In this document: positions 12,083 through 25,732 of the stretch, piece by piece
How the letters are laid out: each line of letters starts with the position of its first letter
Numbering within the stretch: the stretch's first letter is position 1
NCBI RefSeq assembly: GCF_009834535.1
Contig: NC_045697.1
Span: 66,218,001-66,282,000 of the forward strand
Direction of reading: 5' to 3'
Source: Camelus ferus
Taxonomy: Eukaryota
Length of the DNA: 64,000 nt
Program-made: the position numbers and the translations under genes
The notes under the pieces: generated by a model
What the model saw: the letters and a program-made list of their open reading frames with translations, nothing else
Told to the model about the DNA's origin: nothing
The model's database searches: none

Positions 12083-12539
12083 TCCAGTACTGTTTTCTTA
12101 ACCAGGTTCCTTTGATGCTCAGTTCAGTACCCACCCATCTGCCTCTTTCTGATTATGATAACAGACCAGTTTCTGAGTAAGAGATCAAGGAGATTGTGTG
12201 ATATGTTCATATGTGTCTGTGTGCTGTTTGAATGTGTCTACATTTTAGCATACTGTCTAGCATAAAGGAAAGAGGAGCTCAACATAGTAAATAAATGAAC
12301 TTTAATTTTAAAGAAATAAAGTGGCTAAAGACATTTTATTCCTGGTTTAAGAAAACCCCTGCATAAATATCTCTGCTGTTTTCCAATTACACACAAAATT
12401 ATTGTTTATAAAAATCTACTGTTTTTCATCAAAATTATGCTTTCTTGTGGATACTTAGAAAATCTTAGAGGCATATATAGAAATATTGGCACAACTGAAT
12501 TTATAGAAATGCTGCTTTACTTTTATTAGGAAAAATTGT

Positions 12540-12700
12540 CTGAGAATCAGAAAACCTTGGTTCTAATGAAAGTTTATCTCTACTTATATAAGATTGAACA
12601 TGTCACTTAATATTTCTGAATCTGTCTCCTTTTCTGTAAAATAGAACTTACAGTATATTGCTTACTTTTATCAATAGAATTGCTGTTAAAATCATAGCCC
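12540..12700 (+). mobile_element. MIR
   Basis: GAATCAGAAAACCTTGGTTCTAAT...GTCACTTAATATTTCTGAATCTGTCTCCTTTTCTGTAAAATAG core. Confidence 0.65.
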
Positions 12701-15324
12701 AAAAGATAATTTGGAAGCTCTGATATGAAACATAAAAAAAGGCATTAGGAGGAAAAACAGTGCTGATAATGCTTTTTCAAAAACATTTGTCTTTAGGACA
12801 TTAAAAGTTGCTTCACTAGTAGAAAAATATGGAATATAAATGTATCATAACAACATAAAATGGAATGAAGAATTCAAGTAAGGAAAGCTTGGACAGTCCT
12901 AATACTAGAAATTGTTTCAGTTATCTCTATCTTTCTATCTGCAGGCTTAGGGCTTGCATTCATTCAACAAATACTTATGGAACAGCTAATATTTGAGACT
13001 CCAGTGATTTGCAGTTTATAGTTTGACTGTTATATCCACTAACAGAAGTTTTATACAGACAGAGTTAAAGAAACATATTGTAACCATGTGGCTGCATCAT
13101 GTCCAAAACCTAATCTTCATAAAACCATAAAATCCCTCCATTCAATGAATTATATTAGTTATTCAGTCCTGTAGTTTGTGGTTGGTAACCAGATAAGTCA
13201 ATATTAGACTCCTGCACTTATAGCTTTTGGATCATGTTGTGATGCTCATAGTTAACACCACATGGCATTTCTTCAGTGTTATCCAAGTTGTACTTCATTA
13301 GGAGATGTTAAAACCTTCCATTCTTAAACCTAGGTTTTAAAAAATTCCTTTATGATATCCAAATATTATCTATGTGTTAACTAAGATTTAGTCTGGAAAA
13401 TATATTAAACAGTGATTTTATTTCAAATAATAATAGATAATAAATTTATTCTCTTTTCCAAAATGTTATTTTGGTTCATGCTTTAAACAAAAATGTGTGG
13501 TATTAAGACAGTAAAGATTTTGGTCTTACCGTAGTATTTCACATCATTTAAAACCTGCAATTTCCCTTTTTAATTTAGGCTAAAGTTAGAAGAAACCGTA
13601 AAACAGAAAACTATTGGAGTTTAGTTTTCTCATATTACTAGAAAAATGTGAAACATATAATTTGAATTTTTAGTATATTATAATCTATTTTCAGAATATT
13701 GGAGGTTTTTGGTTAAATAATTTCAGTGATCTATTATATATACATAAACACACAGATGTACACTCATATATATAAAAGAAATAGAATTTCAACCAACGAC
13801 ATTTACATTTCCCTATTCTGCAATGACTCTCAAAATAGCTAAATGATTTTGACTAAATTTAGTATACTTCTAATGAGTATAATAACAGATATAAAGTTTA
13901 ATTTGTATTTCTCTGCCATTTGAAACAAAATCAGTCATAAAAATATTCAAGCAGCTATGTTTTTTATGACCACAAAGACAGAGCTGACACCTGCTGACCC
14001 TTTCCTGGCACACCCAATATTACATGTAATATTTTGGATAGATGGCACAGAAATAACTTTTCCTTATCTTCCAGGCACTAACTTTTCCCTTTATTGAAGA
14101 TCTTCTTGTTTCTAAAAGCCAAACTTGATTAGGAGATGTGCTGATTCAGCTAGCTCTGGTTCCTACTTTATTATTTGTTTTACAGATTTCGTGACTCATT
14201 CCGGGCATCTAGTTTGATGTTGCTGATGGACACGATTACCCTTTTGAATACATCAGGGCCTTTGTAAGGAATATTCTGCATCTACTTTGTCATTCTCTGG
14301 GAATCAGAGAAGATATAGATGTTTTACGTATGGCTTTAAGCAGATTTGTTTTTTCAAGACACTGAATTATATTTCTCTTTTGAGAGTTTTCTCACTAAAT
14401 AAAATCATGCGTACTCTTTTTTACTTGCAGAATAAGTGTTGCATTTCCATGAAGTAGAATTGAATAAAACTTTGCATGTAAATTGAAGTAACGTATTTTT
14501 CTCATTACCTCTATCAAAGTTAAAGGCTTGGCTTCTCCTTCAAAATTTAAAACTTCTATAGAAAGTCTAATCAAAGAGGAGTGGCAGTAAGATTTTTGAA
14601 AAGATTTAGTAAAACAGCAAGAAGATGATACAGACTCTACTTAGTTCTTTGTGGAATTAGATGAGCATGAATAAGAAGAGACTGGATAGGCTGCACATTT
14701 GCTTCATTAAATTATGCTAAAGTGATTAGTAATTTTAATTTCTTTCTACTCTATAGGGAAAGTCACTCAGTATTTTTCACATTTTTATATTTCAAGATAT
14801 GGAAAATCTGCATTACTAGAACATTATTAAGTAATGTTAAGAAATTTATGGCAGACAAAAATGTCTTAAAAGTTATCATGTGAAAAATATTTGTTAAAGA
14901 CTTCTTGAAGATATATACTAAGTTTAAAGAATACTAAAGATTGTTATTGAAATAATATTTTAATATATATTGTTTTGCAAGAAGTGATTAATTTGCAAAA
15001 CATTTGTTCCCTTGGATTGTAAAATTAGTGCATGTTTATTGTAGAAAGTTTAGAAAGAAAATTTAAATCTACTGTAATAGCCCATCCCCCCGAGATAATC
15101 ACAGTTAATATATTGACATTTCTTTCCAGTCCTTTTTAATATCTGTGTGTGTACAAATAAATGGAACATTTTGCATTTAGTTTTATTATTGCTTTCTTCA
15201 CTTTATTTTATATAGCCAGGTTTTTTCCCCCATTACATTAAAAAGTGTCTAAAACATGATGAATAAGTAAGTGCTCAATAACATCTCATGTTATTTTGGG
15301 TTACTGTTATCTATCTATAATTAA

Positions 15325-15545
15325 TTTCCAAACTGGTTTTTGACCCTGGAGCCTTTTGCTGAAATGAAATCTTAAATGGAAGGAAGGAGAGATGGATGGA
15401 ACAAGGGAAGGAAGGAAAAAAAGGAAGGAAAAAAGGAAGGAAATCTATAAAGTAAAGCCGTTATGTTTGGAGGTGATGAATATCCTCACCCTTATCCTCC
15501 TCTCTGGGCAGCTTCTGCAGGGGTTCTCTGAAATACACTTTGATA
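15325..15545. mobile_element. hAT MITE-like fragment with internal (GGAA)n
   Basis: TTTCCAAAACTGG...GGAGCCTTTTGCTGAAATGAAATCTTA...GGGGTTCTCTGAAATACACTTTGA. Confidence 0.4.
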
Positions 15546-16096
15546 ATTATTTAGTATTTTATCCTTTATCAATTCTGAATCAAAATTGCTGTGTTCAGAC
15601 TGCTGTGTAAATCACAGTTCCTCCATCAACAGCAGTGCATTTGGCAGACATCGGCATCAGAAATTGATGAGAACCTAACAAATACCTAAGAAGTAGAACT
15701 CAACTGTGTCTTTCATAAGCACACTTATATCCACTTATCATTTGGCTTTAGTAATGTTGAATGTACTATTTAGTGATAATACTGTTGTTTCACAAATTGA
15801 AGTATCCATAGAACTAAAAATGATGAGTCGAGATAAATGTATATAATCTTAAGAATAACATCTTATTTGTTTGTTGTTTACAATGCCCCTTAAATAACTT
15901 TTTTTAATTCCCTGATTTCAGTCACACCTATATCTAAGAATTCTGTAATTAACAGAATATATAATTGGGTAGAGAAGAAAAGTCTCTGATATTAACAACA
16001 ATTTAAAATCAACTTAGATCCCAACATTGGATAGTCATTAATATTTCTGTCAAAATGCTCATATACTTGTAAGCAAAGTTTTGAAAGTATGTATTT

Positions 16097-17093
16097 AAAT
16101 TTTTTAACATTTTTTATTGATTTATAATCATTTTACAATGTGTCAAATTCCAATGTAGAGCACAACTTTTCAGTTATACATGAATATATATATATTAATT
16201 GTCACTTTTTTTTCTCTGTGAGCTACCATAAGATCTTGTGTGTATTTCCCTGTGCTATACAGTATAATCTTGTTTATCTATTCTGCAATTTTGAAATCCC
16301 ATCTATCCCTTCCCACCCTCCACCCCCTTGGCAACCACAAGTTTGCATTCTATGTCTATGAGTCTGTTTCTATTTTGTATTTATGCTTTGTTTGTTTGTT
16401 TGTTTTAGATTCCACATATGAGTGATCTCATATGGTATTTTTCTTTCTCTTTCTGGCTTACTTCACTTAGAATGACATTCTCCAGGAGCATCCATGTTGC
16501 TGCAAATGGTGTTATGTTGTTGGTTTTTATGGCTGAATAGTATTCCATTGTATAAATATACCACTACTTCTTTATCCAGTCATCCGTTGATGGACATTTA
16601 GGCTATCTCCATGTCTTGGCCATAGTAAATAGTGCTGTTATGAACATTGGGATGCAGATGTCATCCTGAAGTAGAGTTCCTTCTGGATATATGCCTAAGA
16701 GCAGGATTCCTGGGTCATATGGTAAGTCTATTCCTAGTCTTTTGAGGAATCTCCATACTGTTTTCCACAGTGGCTGCACCAAACTGCATTCCCACCAGCA
16801 GAGTAGGAGGGTTCCCCTTTCTCCACAGCCTCTCCAGCATTTGTCATTTGTGGATTTTTGAATGATGGCCATTCTGACTGGTGTGAGGTGATACCTCATT
16901 GTAGTTTTGATTTGCATTTCTCTGATAATTAGTGATATTGAGCATTTTTTCATGTGCCTATTGATCATTTGTATGTCTTCGTTGGAGAATTGCTTGTTTA
17001 GGTCTTCTGCCCATTTTTGGATTGGGTTGTTTGGTTGTTTCTTATTAAGTCATATGAGCTGCTTGTATATTCTGGAGATCAAGCCTTTGTCGG
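16097..17093 (-). mobile_element. Relatively young lineage-specific L1, 5'-truncated (ORF2 C-terminus + 3' UTR)
   Basis: ORF 16603..16968 = [34 protein letters not shown]...[18 protein letters not shown] (L1 ORF2 Cys-rich region); TSD TGAAAGTATGTATTT (16082-16096) / TGAAAGTGTATATTT (17094-17108), 13/15 identical. Confidence 0.96.
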
Positions 17094-17269
17094 TGAAAGT
17101 GTATATTTTTAAAGGTGATGAAATATGGTAAAATTCCATTCAAAGTAACTATTAGAGCAAAATACTAAGAATAACTTTGCAAGAACAATTTTAAGAATCT
17201 GTCCATATACACGTGCATAAATCCATCTGATTTCTGTGATGCCTTACAAAGTTGTGAACAGGAGATTAT

Positions 17270-18106
17270 TTTTTTTGGCAGTTTTTTTTTCATTTGTTTA
17301 TGTATTTTAAAATAAAAACTGTATACATTTAAGGTGAACAACATGATGATTTGATGTGCAAATACATAGTGAAATGACTACTACAGTCAAGTTTATTAAT
17401 ATATCATCTCTTTACATAGTTACCATTTTGTGTGAGATGAGTTCACCTAAAATCTACTCTCTCAGCATATTTCCAGTGTTCAATACAGTATTACTGGTTA
17501 GTCATCATGCCTGTACATTAATCTCTGCACTTGTTCATCCCACACACCTACCACTTGGTACCCTTTGACTAACTTCTCCTCACTTCCCCCACCTCCTCCC
17601 TTCCCTGCCAGCCCCCTGGTAACCACCATTCAACTCTCTGCTTCTATGAGCTCAACATTTTATTTTTTATATTCCACATATAAGTAGATTATACAGTATT
17701 TGCTTTTCTCTGTCTGGCTTACTTCACTTCAGGTTTATACACATTTTCCACAAAAGACAGGATTTCCTAATTTCTCATGGCTGAATAAAATGTATATGTA
17801 TATGTATATATATACATCTTCTTTATCCATTGATGGACACTTGGGTTTTTTCCATATCTTGGCTAATGTGAATAATGCTGCAATGAACATAGGAGTGCAG
17901 ATATCTCTTTGCCATCCTAGTTTCATTTCCTTCTGGATGAGTACCCAGAAGCAAGATTGCTGGATGGATCATGTAGTAGTTCTTGTCTTAATTTTGTGAG
18001 CAGTCTCCACACTCTGTTGCTGTTGGGCAGACTGCTCTAGATATACGTCTGTTAGGTCCATTTGATCTATATTGTTGTGCAAGTCGCCTGTTTCCCTATT
18101 CATTTT
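17270..18106 (-). mobile_element. L1MA-type element: 3' end joined to an endonuclease-domain fragment
   Basis: L1MA9-like 3' UTR; ORF 17735..17926 ([27 protein letters not shown]) is the ORF2 C-terminus; 18013-18106 encodes NRETGDLHNNIDQMDLTDVY (EN-domain DQMDLTDIY motif). Confidence 0.88.
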
Positions 18107-18239
18107 CATACAAATATATTTGTAATTTTTATGAAACACAAACCCCAGAGCAAAAATCACCAGGTTATTTGATATTTAGCTCAATTTGTTATAATGTGTT
18201 ATTGAGGCCAATGATATTATTAAGTAACTATTTAATTAA

Positions 18240-18440
18240 TGTACTAATCATATTACATAAATTATCACATTTAATGTGTACAAAAACGCTTAAAGACACA
18301 TACTATTAATATCTCCAATTTTCAGGTAAGGAAACCAAGGCTTGAGAATTTAAGATATTTATCCTGTGTCACATAGCTACTAAATGTATAGCAATATATT
18401 CAAACCCATCTCTGTTTGAGTCCAAAATCTAGGTTCTAAA
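18240..18440 (-). mobile_element. MIR
   Basis: CTCCAATTTTCAGGTAAGGAAACCAAGGCTTGAGAATTTAAG...GTCACATAGCTA...ATTCAAACCC. Confidence 0.8.
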
Positions 18441-18809
18441 TAATTACAGGGGTTTTTTCCCCTCTGTTCTGTAATCAAATTGAACTCCTAACTAACTGTT
18501 TAATATATATGCACCTCTGATTACAGTATTAGATCTGGAGAGGAAGGGAAAATGGATTGCTCAAATTAAAATGATTACTACTTTGTTATTTTAAAAACTA
18601 ACAGTACATGCACTGCAGTGACATCATTAAAATATTCATTAATAAAATATATACTTTTTTAGCTTCCAATATTGCTTTTAAGAGGTGGCCAGGTAGGTGG
18701 TCAGGGGGAGAGGGAAGGCACTGCAAGACTGGGAAAGCAATAGCTTCAAGGTATGGGCCATTAATAAGCATGAAGATACTCGCTGGTGTTCATACGATTT
18801 AATCCCATA

Positions 18810-19937
18810 TGATACTGGCATTGATACCACTGGCTTCTATTGATTTCCTTGGTTTTCCTCCTGTCTCTTTGGGCTGTCATTCTCAGTTTGCTTTGCAGGT
18901 TTATCCTGCTCATCTGATTCCTTTAATGTCGGTCTCCTTCATGGTTATGTTTCAGGCTTCCTCTTTTTTTCACCTACACATACCCTAGATGGTTACATGC
19001 ATAGCTCATGGTTTTAATTTTAGTCTATATGTTGATGACTTACAAATCTTTATCTGGAAAAACTGATTTTGTCTCCTGTGCTCCATATCACATATATAAC
19101 TATTAATATCTCCATTGTCCATCCGTTGCCCTGGCAAGAATTGTGGGTATCGTTTTTTATTCTCTCTCTCTCTTTCTTTCTCTCTCTCTCTTTCCTGTCT
19201 CTCATCAAATAATTACCAAGGCTTTTAAAGTCCACTTTTAAATCTCTCCCAAATTTGTCAACTTCTCTCCATTTCTTGATTTAAATCTCCATCATTCTTG
19301 CTGGGATCATTGCAACAGCTTTGTAATCATATTCCTAATAACATTTCCCTTCTCAAATCCATTCAAATGCAGACAGAGTGATTTTTATATTGTCTGTCCC
19401 CTACTTTAAAAATCAACACTGGCTGCTCATTGCCTTCATGGTAAAGCTTGAAATCCTAACAAGGATGGGAATTGCCTTCAATATTGACATTGCCAACCTC
19501 ATCTCTTCTCACTCCATCCCAGTGTCTAGGCTCACGTCGTACTGTCTCTTACCTTTGGGGTCTTGTTCAATTGATAAACTTTTCAATCTTTCTATTGTCC
19601 CTTCTCTCCTCCTTCACATTTGGTCTTCAGATCCTTACTCCTTCTTGTCCTTCAGTTTTTAGCTCAGATACTACTTTCTCTGGAAAATTTCCTGGTTTCA
19701 GAGGTTGAATTAGGTAGCCTTTCTATATGCCTTCATAGCACCTTGAACTTACACTCATCCTAGAACTTACTATACTTTTCTACAGGGCTGGTTCTTGTCT
19801 AAACATTTGGTTTTATCCTATATTAGACATCAAACCCATGGGAGTGACAATCATGTGTTCTTCACTGTTACATCTCCAATAAATGCATGGCACATGACAC
19901 TTACTCAAGAAACATTTGTTATATGAATGAATGAATA
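18810..19937 (+). mobile_element. LINE-2 (RT remnant to 3' end)
   Basis: TATGTTGATGACTTACAAATC = YVDDLQI (YADD motif) at ~19028; tail TGAATGAATGAATAA at ~19923-19937. Confidence 0.85.
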
Positions 19938-20264
19938 ACATAATCCAGAGATGAACTTGACCGTTTTAAAATTCATAATCAATTGAGATGAATAGAACCC
20001 ATATTCTTTCATTTAAAGGATGGCATTCTAAGCCCAGTGAGTTACGAACAAATTTAAAGAGGATAATGGATCACCTCTTTCTTCTTAAGTAAATATAAAC
20101 TATTAAAATGGAAAAATTAATAATTCAGGCTGCATGGAGGAACAAAGCTCCCTGGATAACAGACACAAAGTTGTTCTAAGCTTTATTTATTTCAAGGTTT
20201 ACAATTATTTAGAAGTCCTTATTTAGTAGATAAGAGAAGGTAATTTTCCTTTGCCAGTTCCTAA

Positions 20265-20269
20265 GTGTA

Positions 20270-20310
<41 letters not shown>
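20265..20310. repeat. Compound (GT)n(AT)15 microsatellite
   Basis: Read directly. Confidence 0.95.
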
Positions 20311-20313
<3 letters not shown>

Positions 20314-22189
20314 ATTAATCAAAATTGATTAACAAAGGAGAAGGGGAAGTTAATCAAGAGCCCACTCCTCATTCTTTAAGCTCACACACAAGCCTAGAGC
20401 TTAAGACTTTCATTTAAACCCCAACTAACATAAGCCCCATCTGTCATTTCTGGTCATCGCCTCTGCTCTATAAATAGGAAGAACCCAGGACATACCTCAT
20501 CACTTCCAAACAGTGACAGGATGGAGAGCTAAGGAATGGAGCTGAACCAGGACAGTTAAGTGTGTGGCATCTGGGCTCAGTCAGAAACAGTAAAACGTAT
20601 TTTAAAATAAAAAGCCTCATGATTCAGTTATCTCATTTATACAAGGGGAAAAAAATCACAGAAACATGCACAAAGTTGGATATTTGAGCATTTCGAGAGA
20701 AATATTTTTTCTCCTCTACCCCAGTTCAAGTTGTAGGGTAAATGCTTTTTAAATCTAAATGGGAAACTTATTTTTTTCCTTAAGAGAGCTTTACTCTTTG
20801 CTTACTAAGTCTTTGTTTTTCTTATTAGAGCTACATGCTTCGGATTTGTCTATGTTTAAGGAGTTCTCATGCAAGTGTGTCCCAATCACAATCTTGTTAA
20901 CGAATGCTGAGTAATGATTCCAGGAGTTTTAGTGCCTTTTGCATGTGCACTTAGCACACTGTGTAGATAGAGAATGAACAAGAAGATTTTATCTTGACTG
21001 TGGACTTACTTTCCATTGGTAATGAAAAGCATAGCACACTTTTAAAGAAAGTTCTAGTTCAACCATTTTTTTCTCTCTTTGATCTTTACTTAACCAATAA
21101 TTTGGTTACTAAGCTATGTATTCAGCTCTTGTCCCAAAATAGTGTCCATTGCAGTGAAACTTAACATTCCTGTGTTTGAACTGAATGCTTCTATTTAAGA
21201 ATTCCTAGGAAAAGGGCCTCTATTTTTAACTGGTCCAATCTATCAGAAGCATGAAATTAGTTTAGCTTTTTAAGCTATACTTCTTACTAAAATCAATATT
21301 TTGAAAAATGTTTAAATCAATGCCTAAAAATGCCTAAAGTAAGTACTCACTCTCTTAACAGCACTTGGAACTAAACATCTGGATTTTAATTTCAGACTGT
21401 TTTGCTTGTTTTAGTTGTGTATTTCAATAGAACACTATCTTTAACATCTTGTAATTAAAGATCAAAATTCCTACTATAAAAAATTTCCCTTAAATAGTAA
21501 ATATACCAAATTAGTCTACAGCATTCCAGAGTTTTCCCAGAAAATAGTGGTTGTTCTTATTGGTACATACATACAATAGTAAAGAAGTCAAGGAATTTCA
21601 GATAAATTTTAACTGGGGTCACTATGTAAAAATCTCTGAGGATCCCACAGCTTAATCTGCAGAGAAAAGTACTATGAATATTTCAGAAATAATTCAATGG
21701 TTTCAGTTTCAGTTCTGTATCTCCTACCCAAAGAAAAAAATTATAGTGTAATCTCTCTCCTCTTTTATCATTTATTAACTGCAAACTACACAGCTCTTCA
21801 CTGCAGGAAGACATGCTCTTAGAGTGAAATAGTAGGTCAGTGCTACACTATTTCTAGGAATAATGTTGGACAGCATTCATTCTTAGAATCTACTGGTAAA
21901 TTTTGCGTGTAGTACAAGATCTGGAAAGCCTGAAGATCCCCAAGTTTATTTCTGGGCATTCAGTCTAGAGCATCCATTGAACACGTCCTGCAGTTCCTTC
22001 TCCAGTCCTTCATCATGGACTAAAGAACAAATTCCTCAGGATAATGAGCGATGACAATGGGGCTGACAGAGTAACTGTCAGCTTATTTTTACAGTCCAAC
22101 AAACTTTCCATTTTAAGCAACAGTGACCTACATCTTTTCTGAGTTAAAATGTTTAAATTACTTGGTGAACAGTGGATCTTACCTCCTTT

Positions 22190-22560
22190 TTTCTTACTTT
22201 TTATTTTGAGCAAAAATTCCAAATATACCAAAAAGGTCCAAGAATGGTATAATGAATCCCCTTTTGCCCTTCACCTAAAATTCACCAGATTCTTGCTGTT
22301 GCCTGTTTTTTCTGTCTCATCCCTTCCTGTCCTTCTCTCCATATATACTTATAAGTAGTAAATTTAGCACTAATAGTTTTACTGAATGATTTGCTTATAT
22401 AACTGTAATATAATTATAAAATTTAGGAAATTATACAGTGATAAATCACTATTATTAATACAGAGTCCACATTCAGATCTTTCCAGTTGTCTCAGTATCA
22501 TTCTTTATAGAAATGTTTTTAAAATGTAAGGTCAAATCCAGGATCACACTTATCATGAAT
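22190..22560 (-). mobile_element. Old L1 (L1MC4/5-type) 3' fragment
   Basis: TTTTATTTTGAG...AAGAATGGTATAATGAATCCCC...CCCTTCACCTAAAATTCACC and CAGAGTCCACATTCAGATCTTTCCAGTTGTC...ATCCAGGATCACAC. Confidence 0.7.
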
Positions 22561-22842
22561 TCTATATTTAAAAAAATTAATTTTATCTCAAATTAGAAAA
22601 TGCAAGTGAAGTCATTGTATGTAAAGATCAGTAATTTCTTCCTTACGATACCAACAAAACAATGTTAAAATTATTAGAAGAAAAATTTAATCAAATTGTC
22701 TAGGCAATGTCATTTATGTATCTAGCACTAGTTAAAATCCTGAACATTTTAGAAGAGATCTCATGGTTCTTGCTCTCAAACAACTCACAGTCTGAGTGCT
22801 AAAGCAGACCTAGCACCCAAGTAACAGTTGACTAATAAAGAA

Positions 22843-23379
22843 CTATTATATCCAGCAGCTTCTGGGCAAAAAAAGCCACTCTTAAAAGTAGTGACTTAAG
22901 ATGATAATCTTTCTTTTTTTTTTTTGTTGGCAGTTCTATGAGTTGGCAATGCCAGTTGGCCAGTTCTTCTGTTGGTCTCGCCTGGACTCAGTCATGCAGC
23001 TGCAGTATGTTGCTTGGGTTGGCTGGGGGCTAGTGGCCTTAGGGCAGCCACGCTCATAGGTTTGGTGATTGATGCTGACTATTGGTTGGTATTGATCCTG
23101 AATTAGGAAGAAAGGATGATCCGGCCACATGTCTCCATCAGGATAGCGAAGCTCTTTCACGTGGTTGGTCTTAGGGTTCTAAGGAGCAACAAGAGAAGGC
23201 AAGCCCCAGTGTACCACATTTTTTCAAGTCTCTTTTTGCCCTGCATTTGCTTATTGCCTCTTTGGCCAAATTATATTAAATGGCCAAGTCCAGGGTCATT
23301 ATATGAGAATCTCTCCAAAGTCATGGATGGAGGAGACATGGACAAATCAGGGTCATCACTGCAAAAATCTATCTCAACA
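22843..23379 (-). mobile_element. MaLR solo LTR (MLT1 family)
   Basis: GGCCAGTTCTTCTG...GGTCTCGCCTGGACTCAGTCATGCAGCTGCAG...GGCAAGCCCCAGTGT...TTGGCCAAA...ATGGCCAAGTCCAG, ending ...CTATCTCAACA. Confidence 0.8.
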
Positions 23380-23479
23380 GTATAAAATTTGCCTAGAATG
23401 AGATTAATGAGCAATATCATGGAATAAATATTATTTTATAATCACACCTTATTTTAAAAGTATGAAATGTTAGTCAAGA

Positions 23480-24060
23480 ACCACTGTAGGAATTATGATA
23501 CAAAATTATCATGGTTAGAATTGTTAATAAGACCTCAAGAAAAGAATGGCATGTAATGGCTCACAAAGAATGGGTAAGAATTAGATGCATAGAGAGAAAT
23601 TTATGGGCAGAGGATTCCAAGTGGGTAAATGAGGGATATAACTTTTAAAAGGTTATGGAACTGGCAAAGAACATGATATATATGTGGGATAGTGAAGGAA
23701 CAAACTTAACAAGTTAAGTAGTAGTAGAGTAGATGGCCCATCAGAAATAATAGAAAATAAGATCAAATAGATGTAATCAGTGTAAACTATGAATGGGGGC
23801 ATTGAAAGTTCAGGCATAGTGTAGAATTGTTGTAGTTCCACGCCAGTAACAGTATTTTAAGAAGAATTATTTAGTAACAGCATTAAGATGGAAGAGGTCA
23901 GGGGTGAGCTGTAAAAACCAGATATACATTTATTACAATAATCCAAATTAAGTAATAACATTGAGAATAAAGAGACTGGGACAAATCTAGGAGACATATT
24001 AAGTGAGAAGAAAGAAAGGTACAAACTTGAGATGTGTTTTATGAAGGGAACTGTGGAATT
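23480..24060 (-). mobile_element. LINE-2 3' fragment
   Basis: GACCTCAAGAAAAGAATGG...GGGCAGAGGATTCCAAGTGGG...TTACAATAATCCAAAT...ATCTAGGAGACATATTAAG. Confidence 0.55.
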
Positions 24061-25635
24061 TTTAAACTATAGATTTAGACTCTTTATCTATTTCCTCTCC
24101 CATTCCTCTTCCTTCTACATCATAGTATTTACATATGTTTTAAAAGAGCTAAAGTATCATCTTTAGTATTTTGTCCCAGTTTGTTTAGCTGTTCTCCATA
24201 CAACTTCCAAAATTTCCTACTTCTGAATACTCTGTGATTTGTTGACACCATTAAACTCTGACTCCCAGAATAGAGCACAGTATCTCAAATGTACCTGCCC
24301 CAGAGTACAGTACTGATCTGCATAGCATACTTGTATTAATGCAGCTGATGTCTACGTTAGATATTTTTCCTGTGTTATCACATGATCAGTTTATATTTAT
24401 TCTATAAAATCAACCAAGTTCCTCAGAAGTTTTATATGAGTGCATTCAAAGTCAGGTTATCTTCTAAATAATTTTTTCCAAATATTTTTACAAGTCTGGT
24501 CCAAAAATATTCCTAAATTTTTAAAAACATTTTTATGCCTATGCCCTAAAAGAGACTCATTCTAGACATGGGCAAACTTTTTAAAAATCTTTAGGAATAA
24601 TTTTCAGTCTATAAGAGTACCTTTTATCAATATTATCTGAATGCCATTATACGGTCCTGTAACATGTGGGTGCACAATCAAATGTAATATTTAGTACAAA
24701 TTATATTCTCTTACTTTCATAATAATAATTTACTTATTCTAACATGGTTATAGAAACAATTCAAAAACCTCCATTTCTGTTCTTAACATACAACCTTATC
24801 CCTAGAGAGCAAGGAATCTAAAATCATGAGGTATAAGTCCACTGGAAAGCCAGACATTTTCTGGAAACTCATGTACAAGACAATGTGCTCACTGCTAAAT
24901 ATAGCATTAGAGTGACAATTAGTCCTATAATGTCATTTTATTGGAAAAGGAGTGAAAACTATCGGCTTCCCAGTTTTTCATTTTCTTACAAGCAAGGTAC
25001 AAGTAAATATGCCAGTTTAAGAACAGGTGTAAACAAGGGACGCAGAAAGGACCGAGCCCTCATCATCCCCCTTCACACACACCTATTCCAATTTTTAAAC
25101 ATTGGCATCCTCCAGCATTATAAGTTTCTTTTTAAAATTTTGCTAAACACTGAAAATCATCTCAATGACAAGTGAGTCTAGCATGTAAGATCAAAGAATT
25201 GTTTTTCTAGTAAATAAAACATTATTACTCTTTGGCCTTTATAGTAAAAAAAAAAAAAATCTTGTTTGTACATATCCTCTCCTATATTAAAAGTTTCTTC
25301 AGGGATGAGAACTAGCTCTTACTTCTTTTGTGAATAGCTGCATGTGGGTAGTTTCATAATAGATTTTCAACAAGTATTTTTTTTTTGTTGTTAAATGTAA
25401 AAATCTGTGTGATAGCAACAAGCAAAACCCACCTATACATATGAATGTATATGAGTGTGCCTTTAAACCAGGGAGATCAAATCTCTCGGGATATGAAGAT
25501 GAACGCGACAATGATGGCAAACTTTTTCTCATTTTGTTATTATTTTATTTTTTCTTTTCTTTTTAGTTTTTTTTTATGATACTCCGATTAAATAAGAGGA
25601 AAAGTAAACTTCTCAGGGAAATGTCTAGGGCACTT

Positions 25636-25715
25636 GAGAGAGGGGAGAAAAAGAGAGAGAAGAGAGGGGGATGGGGGAGAGAAAGAGAGGTTGTTGGGGG
25701 AGAGAGAGAGAGAGA
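25636..25715. repeat. GA-rich polypurine tract
   Basis: GAGAGAGGGGAGAAAAAGAGAGAGAAGAGAGGGGG...(GA)n directly abutting the CTCF motif. Confidence 0.85.
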
Positions 25716-25732
25716 ACCACTAGAGGGCGGTA
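25714..25732 (+). promoter_or_regulatory. CTCF motif
   Basis: GAACCACTAGAGGGCGGTA matches the CTCF core CCASYAGRKGGCRS at every position; several retained CpGs nearby. Confidence 0.6.

Noticed and set aside
11454..12180. 226-aa and 205-aa ORFs as host genes
   Set aside because: Sense and antisense frames of a truncated L1 ORF2 fragment.
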